From Candidatus Doudnabacteria bacterium (GTDB taxonomy: Bacteria; Patescibacteriota; Doudnabacteria; UBA920; VMFF01), in contig CAWIZL010000004.1 of NCBI GenBank assembly GCA_963840645.1, forward strand, positions 16,574 to 80,573: DNA of 64,000 nt, in the 5' to 3' direction. This document shows positions 9,640 through 21,640 of the stretch, piece after piece. The notes below the pieces were generated by a model that was not told the origin of the DNA, did no database searches, and saw only the letters and a program-made list of their open reading frames with translations. Every line of letters begins with the position of its first letter. Position 1 is the stretch's first letter. The translations under genes were made by a program, and so were the position numbers.

Positions 9640-9826
9640 CGTCGTTCGTTAGCCCCGCGCTTCAGCGTGGGGAAAGCGGATTGCGCAATCCCATCACGGA
9701 GTCCCGTAGGGACGGCGCTGATTCTGTTTTGAAAGGGCAGGACTTCAAAGCCTGCCCTGAGCGAAGTCGAAGGGTGCCACAAGGGAACAGAATCCTTCGG
9801 GCCTTTAGGCCCTGAGGGATGTTTGA
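9640..9826. repeat. composite cluster of hairpin repeats (family C copy fused to the family A core CCTGAGCGAAGTCGAAGG)
   Basis: agccccgcgcttcagcgtgggg, gtcccgtagggac, ttttgaaagggcagg..cctgccctgagcgaagtcgaaggg, gggcctttaggccctgagggatg. Track ORF 9612..9815 is composed entirely of this repeat material. Confidence 0.75.
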
Positions 9827-9949
9827 GGTCCCCGATCACCATGCCTTCGTCCCGAACGTTGTAATGCCCGAAAACCTACATCACGATATGATAGGTACGT
9901 GGGGTTTTTCTCGCTCAGCCGCGCGAAACCCGAGCGATTGCAGGAACCG

Positions 9950-11590
9950 ATGACGGAAAAGACAATAAAGAAAGTCGAGCTGTTCGACACCAGCCTGCGC
10001 GACGGCATGCAGCAGCCGAACCTCGAAATCTCGGTGCCCAACGCCGTCATGCTGCTGGAGCGTATGGCGGCGTTCGGCGTGCGCTACGCCGAAATCGGTT
10101 TCGCCGGCGCCAACCAGTTTGTCGGCGACCTGACCAGCGCGCTCACTTCCGGTGCGACACCGGCGCGATGAAACTGGCCCTCTTCGGGCGCACGCGCGGC
10201 CGCGGCGCCAAGGTTGAAGATTGGCCCGATGTGCAGTTCATCCTCCGCCACAAGCGGCGCGTTCCCGTCGCGGTGGTCGTGGTCAAGTCGCGGCTGCTCG
10301 ACGTGGAGCGGTCGCTCGGAACGACCCCCGAAGAAAATCTGCGCATGACGTGGGAGACGATCGAGTGATCTGCAATCGCACGGCCTCGAAGTATTCGTCG
10401 ACCTCGAGCACGCCATGGATGCGAATTGCGGCCGCTGCGAAAACGGCAATCCATGCAACGCCGATTTTAGCCAGCGCAGCCTCGACCATTTCCGCCAGCT
10501 TACCGAGCAGTGCGTTCGCCAGAACGTGAGCCGCATCGTTGTGTGCGACACCAATGGCGGCGCGAGCCCGGAAGAAGTGGCAGCGCGTGATCGACGGGCT
10601 CATCCGCGATTTTCCCGGGCGAATTTCGGATTTCACGGCCACACCGATCGCGGCCTGGGCGTCGCCAACACGCGCGCCGCCATTCTGGCCGGCGCAGTCC
10701 AGGTGCAGGGAACGCTGATTGGCACCGGCGAGCGCTGCGGCAACGTGAATCTGACCACAGTGGTTGGCGCCATGCAGCTGCGCGGCGAAGCGGAGTTTGT
10801 TCCGCCCGGTCACTCAGCGGGCTTGACCAGCCTGGCGCATTCGGCCTACGCGGCCTTCGGCACTCGATCCGCCGCACGGCGCGCCCATCGTCGGTCCCGG
10901 CGCGTTCGGCACCTGGGCCGGCATGCACGGCTCGAGCGAGCGCAAGAATCCCGGGCGCGTATCTGTGGTGCGATCCGGCGCGCGTCGGCGCGAATCCAAC
11001 CATCGGCGTGAACGCGCAGTCGGGCAAGGCCAACATCATGCTGCTGTCCGAGTCGCTCGGCGTGCCGCTCAATGTCCGCGCAGGCGCAGGCGCTGATGGA
11101 CGCGAATCCAGGCCATGATCGAGGGCGGAGGATTTACGGCCAGCGAGGTTTCCTTCCGCCTGGCCTGCATGAGGACGCTCGGAACATTGCCGCAACTGGT
11201 TCACCGTCAGGAGCTGGCGCGTCTTCGACGAGTCCGACGAAGTCGGTGACACGTTTGTGCAGGCCTTTATGACGCTCGTGCTCGGCGACTCGAAGGTCGC
11301 CACCACGCGCGCCGAAGGCGCCGGCCCGGTGGACGCACTGACCAAGGCCATGCGCCACGAACTCGAGAAGTGGTATCCCGTCTCTTGCCGCAGATGCGTC
11401 TCGGCACTTCACCGTCGCGGCACTCGACGTCAAGGCACATGACTCGGCCGCGCATGTACGCGTGACGGTGAGCTTCAATGCCAACGGCCACGAGCCGTGG
11501 ATCACAGCGGGCGTGAGCAGCGACTTGAACCAGGCCGCGCTCATGGCCATCGTGGATGGCTTCCACTACTGGCTGCTGACAACCCGGTGA
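9950..11590 (+). pseudogene. 2-isopropylmalate/citramalate synthase family (LeuA/CimA-like), multiply frame-disrupted as sequenced
   Basis: MTEKTIKKVELFDTSLRDGMQQP.., EIGFAGAN, VVCDTNGG, FHGHTDRGLGVANTRAAILAGAVQVQGTLIGTGERCGN. C-terminal regulatory-like tail ends ..DGFHYWLLTTR*. Pieces are spread over at least 5 frames/ORFs. Confidence 0.8.
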
Positions 11591-12555
11591 ATCGAATCGA
11601 GCTCGTTTGACCGCCACGCAACCATCGTCGCGGCACTGAAGTAGCCTGAGCGGCCCGCACTTTCCGAGTCGGGGCTGGCATCCGGACCGCCGGTAATAGA
11701 TGTATTCCGAGATTAAACCCACAGACATTAACCCATCGCTAAGGCCATTCTCCCATACTTTTGACGCATTTCTCAACCGGTTCGGTAGGCCGGCCGCAAT
11801 TTAGAGCAATTTAGCTCACGGTCCGCCTTCAATACCCGCCTGAGACAATTCACGGCCACATATGCCGATCAGTCCGGGCAACGGACTGGTGCTAATCGAG
11901 GCTGCAGTTTCCGCCAGTCGACTCGAGATCACCCTGCGAGAAATCCGCGAAAGGAGGACTGAATGTCCACGGAATTGATAGAGCCTCGATATCTATACCA
12001 TCGCTATGGGCCCCGTTCACGCATGCTGAAGAAACCCGAGAGACCATACTCGCCGTCCGAAATCGAGGAGCTGGCCGCCTTCGTTTCTCCATCATTTTGA
12101 CTGCGAAGATGGGAAGCCACTGCGATGAGGACCCGAGGAGCGCGAAGGGTTGCGCGGCGAGTTGTCGCTCCTGCGCCGCCACTTCGGTGATAAAATCGAC
12201 CGAAATCGCCATGACGTTCGGTGTTGAGGAGGCCATGAAGACAAAAGACCAGGTGGAGCGAACCGTCGTGGTGCCGCGCGACTTGAAGCCGCTGAATATT
12301 CGGCGCTACGAAAGAGTGAGCTGCGAATAAGGCGACGATACCAGCTATGGCATCTGAAAGCGAATCGCCAGCGTGTTGCGCGGATCTTCAGGAAACAAAC
12401 CCAGACTCCACACGGGGTGCCCGGGTCTGCGATTTTGAGACCCGGGAACCACAAAAGTGAGGAGCAAACAGGAGATCAGATAATCCGGTCCACAAGTGGA
12501 ATGCGGCCCACCGCACCACGGTCTGGCGCATTTTTCTGTAATCGTGGCGCTGCAA

Positions 12556-13606
12556 CTACCGGACAGCAACGGAGGGCCGAGTATCGAGCTTGCCGCTTTG
12601 TCATCTTCCGCCATCTCGGTGATCGGAATCGGCACGTAGTCGCCGGCGTGGCCGGCCTGGCCGAATTCGGTCATGCGCGCGGACACAACCTTTGCCATGG
12701 CCTCGCGCGCAGGCTTCATGTAGTCGCGCGGATCGAACTTCTCCGGTGACTCGGCGAAAACCTTGCGGATAGCGCCGGTGATCGCCAGGCGATTGTCGGT
12801 ATCCACGTTGATCTTGCGCACGCCATTGCGGATGCCGAACTGGATCTCTTCGACGGGCACGCCCCAGGTTGGCTTCAGATTGCCGCCGTACTGATTCACA
12901 ATGTCCTGTAGTTCTTTGGGCACAGACGAACTGCCGTGCATCACCAGGTGCGTAAACGGCAGAAGCTTGTGAATCGCGATCAGCACATCCATCTTCAGCA
13001 CGGAGCCATCCGGCTTCTTGTTGAACTTGTAAGCGCCGTGGCTGGTGCCGATGGCGATGGCCAGCGCGTCCACGCCGGTGCGCTCCGCAAACTCGACAGC
13101 CTGATCGGGATCGGTGATGTGCTCGAGGCCCGTGCCGCCCGCGCCATGGCCGTCTTCCACGCCGCCCAGCACGCCAATCTCGCCTTCAACGGTCACGCCA
13201 CGCTCATGCGCATAGTCAACCACGCGGCGCGTGACGTCGATGTTCTCTTCAAAGCGTCGACGGAGTCTTGCCGTCTTCCTTCAGCGACCCATCCATCATC
13301 ACCGAGGTGTAGCCCAGCGCGATAGCGCTCTTGCAGGTCTCAAAGCTATTGCCGTGATCCTGATGCATGGCGATGGGAATGTCAGGATTGAGCTCGGCCG
13401 CCGCCTGAATGAGCTTGAACAGGTAAAGGTCCTCAGCAAACGCGCGCGCGCCGCGGCTGGCCTGAACGATCACCGGCGACTTGGTTTGCTTGCGCGGCCA
13501 TCATGATGGCCTGAATCTGCTCCATATCGTTGACATTGAATGCACCAACCCCGTATCGGCCTTTGGCAGCCTCGTCGAGGAGCTGCCGCATGGAGACTAG
13601 AGGCAT
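12556..13606 (-). pseudogene. fba: class II fructose-bisphosphate aldolase, frame-disrupted as sequenced
   Basis: [26 protein letters not shown] (ATG 13606, AGGAG upstream), [60 protein letters not shown]. At least 3 frame changes. Probable true C-terminus ..GKLDTRPSVAVR* (TAG 12556..12558). Confidence 0.9.
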
Positions 13607-13946
13607 AAAATTCTCCTTTGTGGTGGCTCTAGCTGCCCTTGCACTCAATCCCTGGATCAGTCGAAGGGATCCCTGCTGCGGGAACCGCAATCATCTCTAT
13701 CGTAGCAGAGATGCGCAAAGAAAACCGTGGCTGCGAACACGGGTTGAATCGTTCTGTGTCGACGAGTCTTTCGCCAACGCAGCCCATTCCAAAATGAAAT
13801 AAATGGCTGAGGTCGAAGAACAACACTGCCCAGACGTATGCAATGCGCGACAAGTGCCAAGATATCAAAGGCTGAATGCCGGAAGATCGTACGTGGGCGT
13901 TTGCTGAGCCTAAGGTTATGAGTCTTAAAGTTCCGATAAATGCGCT

Positions 13947-14041
13947 GTCATCCTGAGCGAAGTTTGCCGCGCTCTTGCGGCAAACGGAGTCGAAAGCCTG
14001 CCCTGAGCGAAGATCGTAGGTGCGATCGTAGTCGAACGGGG
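13947..14041. repeat. family A hairpin repeat, two tandem units
   Basis: gtcatcctgagcgaag-[tttgccgc..gcggcaaa]-cggagtcgaaag followed by cctgccctgagcgaag-[atcgtagg..]-tcgaacgg. Confidence 0.8.
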
Positions 14042-14100
14042 ACTGCGGTTGTTTTTCGACGAACTTCAGGTTCACCAGACCAGGGTGGGGTCACTAAAGC

Positions 14101-15368
14101 TCAATCACCTGCGGCGCCAAGCCGCTTTACGCGAACGTAACCTGCCCCAAAATCACCGCGTCGGCTCTGCGCCCGTCGCAGCAGGCACGTTTCCCGGCAG
14201 CCGATGCCAGTTTGCCACGCCAGCAGCGCAAACGCCGCCGCCTCTTTGGCTTCGGCGGGCAATCCGAAAGCTTCGCTCGTCGCCAGGTGCATCCCAAAGG
14301 TTCAAGCCGCGCGGCCAGCATCGCCATCAGCGTCCGATTCCGCGCGCCGCCACCGGAGACGATGAAATCCACGGCGTTGCCTCTTCATCCTCGGCATCAC
14401 AAATCGCGCGTAACTGCGCGCGATTGTCTCCGCGGTAAGCGCTGTCGCCGTCGCCAGCGCATCTTCGGGCGATTCTTGGATTTCGCACGGCACTTCTCCA
14501 AAAATTCCGCCGCGTAAGCCTCGCCCGAACTGTTCGCGGCCCGCGGTCCGCGGCGGCTTCAGTTTGAAATAGGTATGGCGCAGCGCGTCTTGCAGAACGG
14601 GCTCAATGACCGTTCCCGCGCAGCCAGCGCTCCGTTGCGATCGAAAGATTTATCGAAAAGTTTTTGCGTCAGCCAGTCAATCACCATGTTGCCCGGTCCG
14701 GTATCGAAGGCAATCACTTCGTCGGGCCGGCCCCGGCCGGAATCGCAGTCAGATTCGCGATGCCGCCAATATTTTGCAGCACGCGCCCGCGTTTGTTGAT
14801 CGGCGAACAGCACATAATCCAGAAGCGGAACCAGCGGTGCTCCCTGGCCGCCGGCCAACATATCGGCCGGCCGGAAGTTCGAAACCACCGGCACGCCCAG
14901 CGCCTCGGCAATCGCCTGCGCCTCGCCCGCTTGCCATGTGCAGGCAAACTTCCGCCCGCATAGGCTCCGCGCGCGCCTGGTGATAGAGCGTCTGTCCATG
15001 GCAGCCAACGAGATCGAGCTTCACCTTGTGCCGGTCGCGCGTAATCTTCACAGCCTCCGCATAGGCCAGGCCGAGCCGCCAGTTCAGCCGCGCCAGCTCC
15101 GCCGTCGAAGTCGAAGCCGCATTCATCGCCGCCAGCACCGCTCGCCGCAACAGCAGTCGGATAAGCAAAGTCCTCATGCGCCAGCAGCGTGAGCTTTCAA
15201 AGAGAGCTTGACCCCACCTCGCCGCGTTTGTTGCGCTAGGGTGGGCTGCACAATCCGCACCACGGCCACATCGATTCCATCGGCCGACGTCCCGCTCATC
15301 ACCCCGGCCACCGTCATGGCACGCGCCTTCATGATGTCTCCGCCGGCGCAGCAGCCTCTTGCGATCAT
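14101..15368 (-). pseudogene. anmK: anhydro-N-acetylmuramic acid kinase, multiply frame-disrupted as sequenced
   Basis: GVMSGTSADGIDVAVV, VGCHGQTLYHQ, NFRPADMLAGGQGAPLVP, NIGGIANLT, AFDTGPGNMVIDW, EAAAFALLAWQT, spread over at least 6 ORF fragments. ATG 15368 overlaps the nagZ stop (ATGA). Confidence 0.9.
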
Positions 15369-16486
15369 GAGTCCGTCTCCTTGCCGCCAACCACGTCGCC
15401 GAATCGCGCGCATCGCTCGCGCAGTCTCGAATTGCTTCGCCTCAAGCGCCGCAGGACATCTTGCGCCGTAAAGTGTCCTGCCGCTTCCGCGCCAACTCCT
15501 GCGCGCGATCAAGCAGGAACTTACTGAAACGCAGCCGAACGCTCGCCTTCGCGCAATCAGCGCCTCGTACGTCTGCAAAATCGGCTCCGGACTGTGGCAG
15601 ATTTCCAGCAGGTCGCTGCCTGCGCGCACGCGGCGATTGCAGCTTCCTCAATGGGCATAAACTTAGAATGCCGCCCATCTCCAAGATCATCAGAGAGAAT
15701 GATGCCGCGATAGCCGATGCGTTTGCGCAGCACAGTCTGATCCAGAAAGTCGACACGCTGGCCGGGTGCACTCTTGCCCGGCGTCAGCGGATACGCCGCG
15801 TGATTCATCATGATCATCGGCAACTCGTCGCGCAGCTCGCGATAAGGCTCCAGATCCTCATTCCAAATCTGCTGCCAGGTGCGCTCAATCTCCGGAGTCA
15901 CAAAATGCGAATCGCCGGTGCGCTCCGCCCAGCCCGGGAAAGTGCTTGCCGCAACCCGCCACTCCCTGCGCCGCTGAGCCCTGCAAGAAACTCGCGCGCA
16001 TACGGTCACTACGGCCGCGTTCGCTCCGGCAGCGACGCGAGCCCAGCACTTCGCGCGACTCCGGCAGCGCCAGATCGACCACCGGCGCAAGCGTTGTGTT
16101 GAACCCGAAAGCCTTCACCGACTCGCGCGCAATCAACTCCCCGTGCTCGGCGCGTTCGCAGCGCCAGGTTCGATTGCGCGAGCCTTCGCGCCGCATCGCC
16201 TGCGCCACCGCCTGCGCCGACGGCATCGGCGCCAGCGCATCGCGCAGCCGGTTCACCGTCCCGCCTTCCACATCGACACAACGCGCCGCAATGCGGCGCG
16301 CAAACGCTGGTCGCCTCAGCGAGCAGCGCGCGCGTTTGCGTCGCGTCGACAATATTGCGCTTGAAAAGGATGATGCCCGCCGGCCGCACCAGCTTGAGCC
16401 ACGCGCGCTCCAGCGCGGTGAGCTCCGTTCCCGCCCAGCCCCACCACCAGCAGACTTCCCGCAGCCTGCCGCAAACTTTCTTTCAT
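15365..16486 (-). pseudogene. nagZ: beta-N-acetylhexosaminidase (GH3, NagZ), multiply frame-disrupted as sequenced
   Basis: MKESLRQAAGSLLVVGLGG (ATG 16486), RPAGIILFKRNI, VDVEGGTVNRL, GFNTTLAPVVDL, CGKHFPGLG, MIMMNHAAYP, GIILSDDL. At least 5 frame changes. Stop overlaps the anmK start. Confidence 0.9.
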
Positions 16487-16583
16487 ATCCCTCAGTCCTT
16501 GAGCATTCCATCACCAAACCTAGTGGGTGCCCCCGGTCCCTCGCATTGGGACCGGGGATGATCCTAACAAGCGCTGGCTGCAC

Positions 16584-19359
16584 CTATCGGGGATCGATCC
16601 AGTCCCTTACTCCCATAGTCCCTAGTCCCTGTTCCTTCAATTCCTGCTGCAGTTCTTCCAGCAGATTCAGCGCCTGCAGCGGCGTCAGCGAGTTCACATC
16701 CGTCGCTTCAATGCGATCCACAATCCTCTGCGAGAGCGGAGTAAAGATCGTCATCTGCATCGGTTCGGCCGCTGTCTCCACCTGCACGCTCTGCCGCTCC
16801 TGCTTCTCGTGCTGGCGCAGCACATGCTTGGCCCGTTCGATCACCGCCGCTGGCAGTCCGGCCAGCCGCGCCACTTCGATGCCATAGCTCTTGCTCGCCG
16901 CGCCCGGCTCAATGTTATGCAGAAACACAATGCCGCCTGCCGACTTCCTTCACGCCCACGCGCAGATTCCGCACGCGCGGCAGCTTCTCCGCCAGCATCG
17001 TCAGCTCGTGATAGTGCGTGGCAAACAGCGTGCGCGCGCCCACCTCCGCATGCAGAAACTCCACCGTCGCCCACGCCAGCGAAAGCCCGTCGAAAGTCGC
17101 CGTTCCGCGGCCCATCTCATCGAGCAGAATCAGCGACCGCTGCGTCGCCGTATTCAAAATCGTCGCCGTCTCCGTCATCTCCACCATAAAGGTCGACCGG
17201 CCGCGCGCCACATTATCGCTGGCGCCGATGCGCGTATAAATGCGGTCGACAAGGCCAAAGCGCAAGCTGTCGGCTGGCACAAAACTGCCCATCTGCGCCA
17301 TCAGCACCAGCATCGCCGCCTGCCGAAGATAGGTGCTCTTGCCGCCCATGTTCGGTCCGGTAATCAGCAACAGGCTCGGCGGCGCTCTCGCACTTCGCCT
17401 TTAGAGAAGATCTGCGAGGCACAGATAAAGATCGTTCGCAATGAAACGCCCCTCGCGCGTCTCCTCCATCCACTGCTCGATCACCGGATGCCGCGCCGCA
17501 ACAGCCTCCAGCACCGGCTCATCCGCCAACTGTGGCCGCACATAGCGGCGCGCCGCCGCCAGATGCGCAAAACACGCCAGCAGATCTGCCTCGGCCACAG
17601 CCGCCGAGCTGCGCCGGATTCGTCCCGCCGCTGTCGAGCACAAACTGTCCGCAGCTCGGCAAAAATGCGCTTCTCAATCTCGATGCAGCGGTCGTGCGCA
17701 GTAAGAATCTTGCGCTCGTATTCCTTCAGCTCCGGCGTCGTAAACCGCTCGGCATTCACCAGCGTCTGTTTGCGCTCGTAGTCGGCGGGAGCCAGCGCCA
17801 GATTCGCCTTCGTGATCTCGATGTAATAGCCGAAGACCGAGTTATAGCGCACCTTCAGCGATCCGATCCCAGTGCGTTGCCGCTCGCGCTCTTCAATGGC
17901 CGCGATCGCCTGCCGGCCGGTGGTCGAAATCGAGCGCAACTCATCCAGTTCCGCGTCCACGCCCGCGGCAATCGCGCCGCCATCGACCAGCGTCAGCGGC
18001 GGCTCGGCAACCAGCGTTCGTCACAATCCGCGTCGTCACGTCGTCGAGCGTGTCGAGCCGCGCGCCAGCTGCGCGCCACAGCGGCGCCGTCATCGCTTCG
18101 AGCGCGGTCTTCAATCCCGGCAGCCGCGCCAGGCTCGCGGCCAGCGCGCGCACATCGCGCGGCCCTGCCGAGTCGAGCGAAATCCGCGCCAGCAGCCGCT
18201 CCAGATCCAGAATTCCCTGAAATGCCCGCCGCATTTCTTCGCGCTTCAGCAGATCGCCGTGCGCTTCGGCGACTGCTTCATAGCGCGCCTCAATTTCCGG
18301 CGCATCATTCAGCGGCCGCAGAATCGTCGCCCGCAGCAGCCGCTTGCCCATCGGCGTCTGGCATGCATCGAGAGTGCGAAACAGCGTGACGCGATCGTCC
18401 TGCCCGGCAAACAGCGGCTCGACCAGTTCGAGATTCCGCACCGTCACCTGGTCGAGTTCGAGCGCGGTCGAGTGCTCCTCGAAATTCAGACGAGTCGATG
18501 TGCAGCGCCTCGTTCTTCTGCGTGGTGCGCACATAGTGCAGCACGGCCCCGGCCGCAATCGCCGCCGGCATCGTGCCCATCCAGCCCGAATCCTTCGAGC
18601 GAACGCACATTCAGTTGCCGTTCGACGAGCGGGACAGCAAAGTCGCGCGTCCACACCCAGTCCTCAACGCGCGTGCGCGCCGCAATCCGCTCCAGCTGCG
18701 GCGGCAACTCCGCGCTCGTCGCCAGCAGCACCTCGCTCGGAGCCGCCAGCAGCAACTCGTCGATGGCCTGCGCCGCGCGCATCGCGCCCGCGAAATTCCG
18801 CAGTGCGAAACTCGCCGGTCGACACATCGAGCAGCGCCAGCGCGCAAACATTTCCGGGTGCCCCATCCTGGCGGCGTCTTTGTTTCCGCCGCCACGGTGG
18901 GAATCCTCGTAAAGCGCCGCAAGAAAATTGTTCTGCTCCTGCCCCAGCGCCGCATCGAGCGCCGTTCCCGGCGAAAGCACCCGCGTCACCTCGCGCCGCA
19001 CGATCTTCTTCGTGAGCTTAGGGTCTTCCATCTGATCGCAGAGGGCGATGCGGTAGCCCTTGCGCAGCAGGCGCGTCAGGTACTCTCGACCGCGTGATAG
19101 GGAACGCCGCACATGGGCATGCTGCGCTCCCGGTCGCGCGCCGTCAGCGTCAGTTGCAGCTCGCGGCTGGCCGTCGCGGCATCGTCATAGAAGAGCTCGT
19201 AAAAATCGCCCATGCGAAAAACAGCAGCGCATCGGGATTTTGCCTCTTCGCCGCCGTCCACTGGCGCATGAACGGCGTTAGTTCCGTGGAGTTGCTCTCC
19301 GCCTGCGGCTTTCCGCGGGCAGGGAAGTGAGCGCGAACTCTTCTTGAGCCCGGCGTCAT
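16584..19359 (-). pseudogene. mutS: DNA mismatch repair protein MutS, multiply frame-disrupted as sequenced
   Basis: TPFMRQW...[48 protein letters not shown], and Walker [29 protein letters not shown]. Eight fragments: 19150..19485, 19076..19261, 18486..19112, 17941..18654, 17481..17960, 17401..17643, 16915..17370, 16584..16928. Confidence 0.95.
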
Positions 19360-19738
19360 CCGCAAGCGTAGTGGTCGCGTTTTAGCCGGCAGGCGCGGGT
19401 TGCAGGCCGCTCGTGGACGGCAGCCGCGCGCCATCGGGGGGCAAGGCTGCGTCCGGAAGTAGGGCAACCGGAGGGGAGTCAGCACGGGCGGGGTTAGAGT
19501 CGTCGCGGATCACGCTGGTTCTAAGATTATCGTGGCGGCGAGCCGCGGGGGTAGCGGAAACGGAAGTGGAAGCCTGTTTAGTCCATCCTGTTTGATTTCC
19601 CGTCAAATGACCCGCCAAGAAATTTGGCGGCCATCGATGCACCCATGTACAATCGCTGCGATTCACGGGCATCCTGAATCCCTGCGCCGAATTCCGGCCA
19701 AAGCGCCGAATTCCAAAATTCCCTCGGAGGAAAATCAA

Positions 19739-20536
19739 ATGAACAGAATGAAGCAGTATCTCGTTTGCACGTTGCTTGCCGCGCGGCGCTGTGCGCTGCA
19801 CCGGCCCAGGCTCAATCCCCATTCGACGGCACATGGAAGACTGACCTGTCGCAGACCAAGTTCAGCCCCAAACCCCTGGCTTTCTATATCAGCCAGGGAT
19901 GGTATCACTGCGTCACTTGCAACCCCGCCTTCGACGTTGCGGCCGACGGGCAGGATCACGCCGTCACCGGGCAGTCCTACGACACCATCAGCGTTACCGT
20001 CGTAGACCCGCACTACCATCTCTGTCGCGACCAAGAAGGGCGGCCAAGCCGATTATGAGCAGACCCGCACCGTCTCTGCTGACGGCAAAACCCTCACTGT
20101 CAAAACCACCGGCCATCCCGCGAATGGCGGCGCGGCGACGAGCTTTGACACCACCGCCAAACGCAGCGGCACGGCGCCTGCCGGCGTGCATGCGACCTCC
20201 GGCCAATGGATCATCCAGAAGCAGAGCGGAAGCGACAATGGCCTGTTGACCACCTACAAGTTGGATGGCGACCAGTTCACGATGACCTCGCCCACCGGTG
20301 AAACCTACACCGCGAAATTTGACGGCGCCGACTACCCGGTGACGGGCTCGAATTACTACAACGCGGTCTCGCTGAAGAAGATCAACGCCAACACGATTGA
20401 GGAAACCGACAAGCGGGATGGCAAAGTCACGGATGTGTCGACAATGACCGTCTCGGCAACGGCAAGATCGATGACCGTGGTCGATAACGACAAGATCACC
20501 GGCCGCACTGCAACATACATCGCCAAAAAGCAGTAA
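19739..20536 (+). pseudogene. secreted hypothetical protein (beta-rich), frame-disrupted as sequenced
   Basis: Signal MNRMKQYLVCTLLA..AAPAQAQSPFDGTWK. Repeated 'GxxYTAKFDGxDYPVTG'-like beta modules. Pieces in ORFs 19532, 19765 and 20186 (at least 3 frame changes). Confidence 0.6.
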
Positions 20537-20802
20537 CGTTCCGAGTTAGTGGGTCGTTGAGCGTGAAACGGCTCGACACAGCGTGCCGAAGCGTCGCCAA
20601 AATTCCGTGGCACAGCCCCGGGACCGTGACCCGCGCAGGCGCCTGGAAGCAGACCCTCGGTCGATTACCGAGATGTCTGCATCCCGCGAGAGCGCGACTT
20701 GCAGCACAGATGCCATCAGTCCTGCGGGTTAATCCTTAAGCCGCGACCGGGTGATTTACATCACAGTATACTGATCGGTAACGCCTTAAGGTAAAAGCTG
20801 CC

Positions 20803-21640
20803 ATGTACCTTCTCTGGCTACGAGTTGCGGCCATTTTGTATGCGGCGGCAAGTGTCGCCATCTTTCCCGCCGTGCTCTACGAAATCGCTGCCCTGGCGCA
20901 AAACCTGCGTCCATCTGGGCGGCATGGCGTTCTTCTTCCATTTTGTCTCCGTGGTTGAAATGCTGGTGCAGGCGCACCGCTGGATGCCGGTCGGCGTTCG
21001 CGAAATCGAGTCGCTGCTGGGCTTTGCAGTGGCGGGCCTGTTTTTCCTGGTCTGGTGGCTCTATGACGCCATCTCTCTCGGAATCTTTGCCTTGCCGGCG
21101 ACATTCTTCCTCGTTTTTATTCCCGCGCTGGGCCCGGACCGCATACGTTTCCCCAGAAGGCGTCTATAATAGCTGGCTCGTCGCGCACATTATTGCCCTG
21201 CTTCTCGCTTATGCCGCCCTCTGCTTCAGCCTGCTGGCGTCCATGCTTTATCTCGTGCAGGAGCGCCGCATCAAGTCCAAATCCAAAGCCGGCAGGACGC
21301 AACGCTGGCAGCCGCTGGACTGGCTGCCGCCGCTCGACACGCTCGAGCGTCTGGCCCTGGCTACCCTCGAATTCGGATTTCCCTGCATGACAGTCGGCCT
21401 GATCATTGGGTCGGTCCTGGTGCAGGAAACGTCGCTCGGCGCTGCCTATTTTCTCGATCCCAACATCATTGCTTCGTTCGTGATGTGGATCGTTTACGTC
21501 ATCCTCCTGCTCGTTCCGCCGCAGCGCAGGGAATGCGCGGCCGCAGGGCTGCCTATGTCTCCGGCGGGGCGCTGGTCGTAATGATGGCAGTTTGGGCCGT
21601 CAACTTTTTCAGCCAGGTGCACAGGTTCGGTCCGCAATGA
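20803..21640 (+). pseudogene. cytochrome c assembly (CcsA/HemX-like) membrane protein, frame-disrupted as sequenced
   Basis: Polytopic membrane protein immediately upstream of hemA: MYLLWLRVAAILYAAASVAIF.., WLVAHIIALLLAYAALCFSLLASMLYLVQERRIK, FLDPNIIASFVMWIVY. At least 3 frame changes. Stop overlaps the hemA ATG (ATGA 21637..21640). Confidence 0.7.

Noticed and set aside
9612-9815. 67-aa ORF in the spacer between the ABC exporter and the leuA/cimA-like gene
   Set aside because: It is composed entirely of interspersed repeat units (families A and C). The same peptide-like strings recur wherever the repeats occur.
13629-14075. 148-aa minus-strand ORF between fba and anmK
   Set aside because: It runs through the family A tandem repeat and the fba promoter region. 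No motifs and no SD are present, so it is probably non-coding.
16584-19359. mutS inactivation as the biological cause of the many frameshifts (hypermutator scenario)
   Set aside because: The resolved events are not confined to homopolymer tracts. They disrupt essential genes (ispG, hemA, fba) many times over, and they are clustered in blocks. This fits an assembly or polishing artefact better. It is kept only as the alternative under the first finding.
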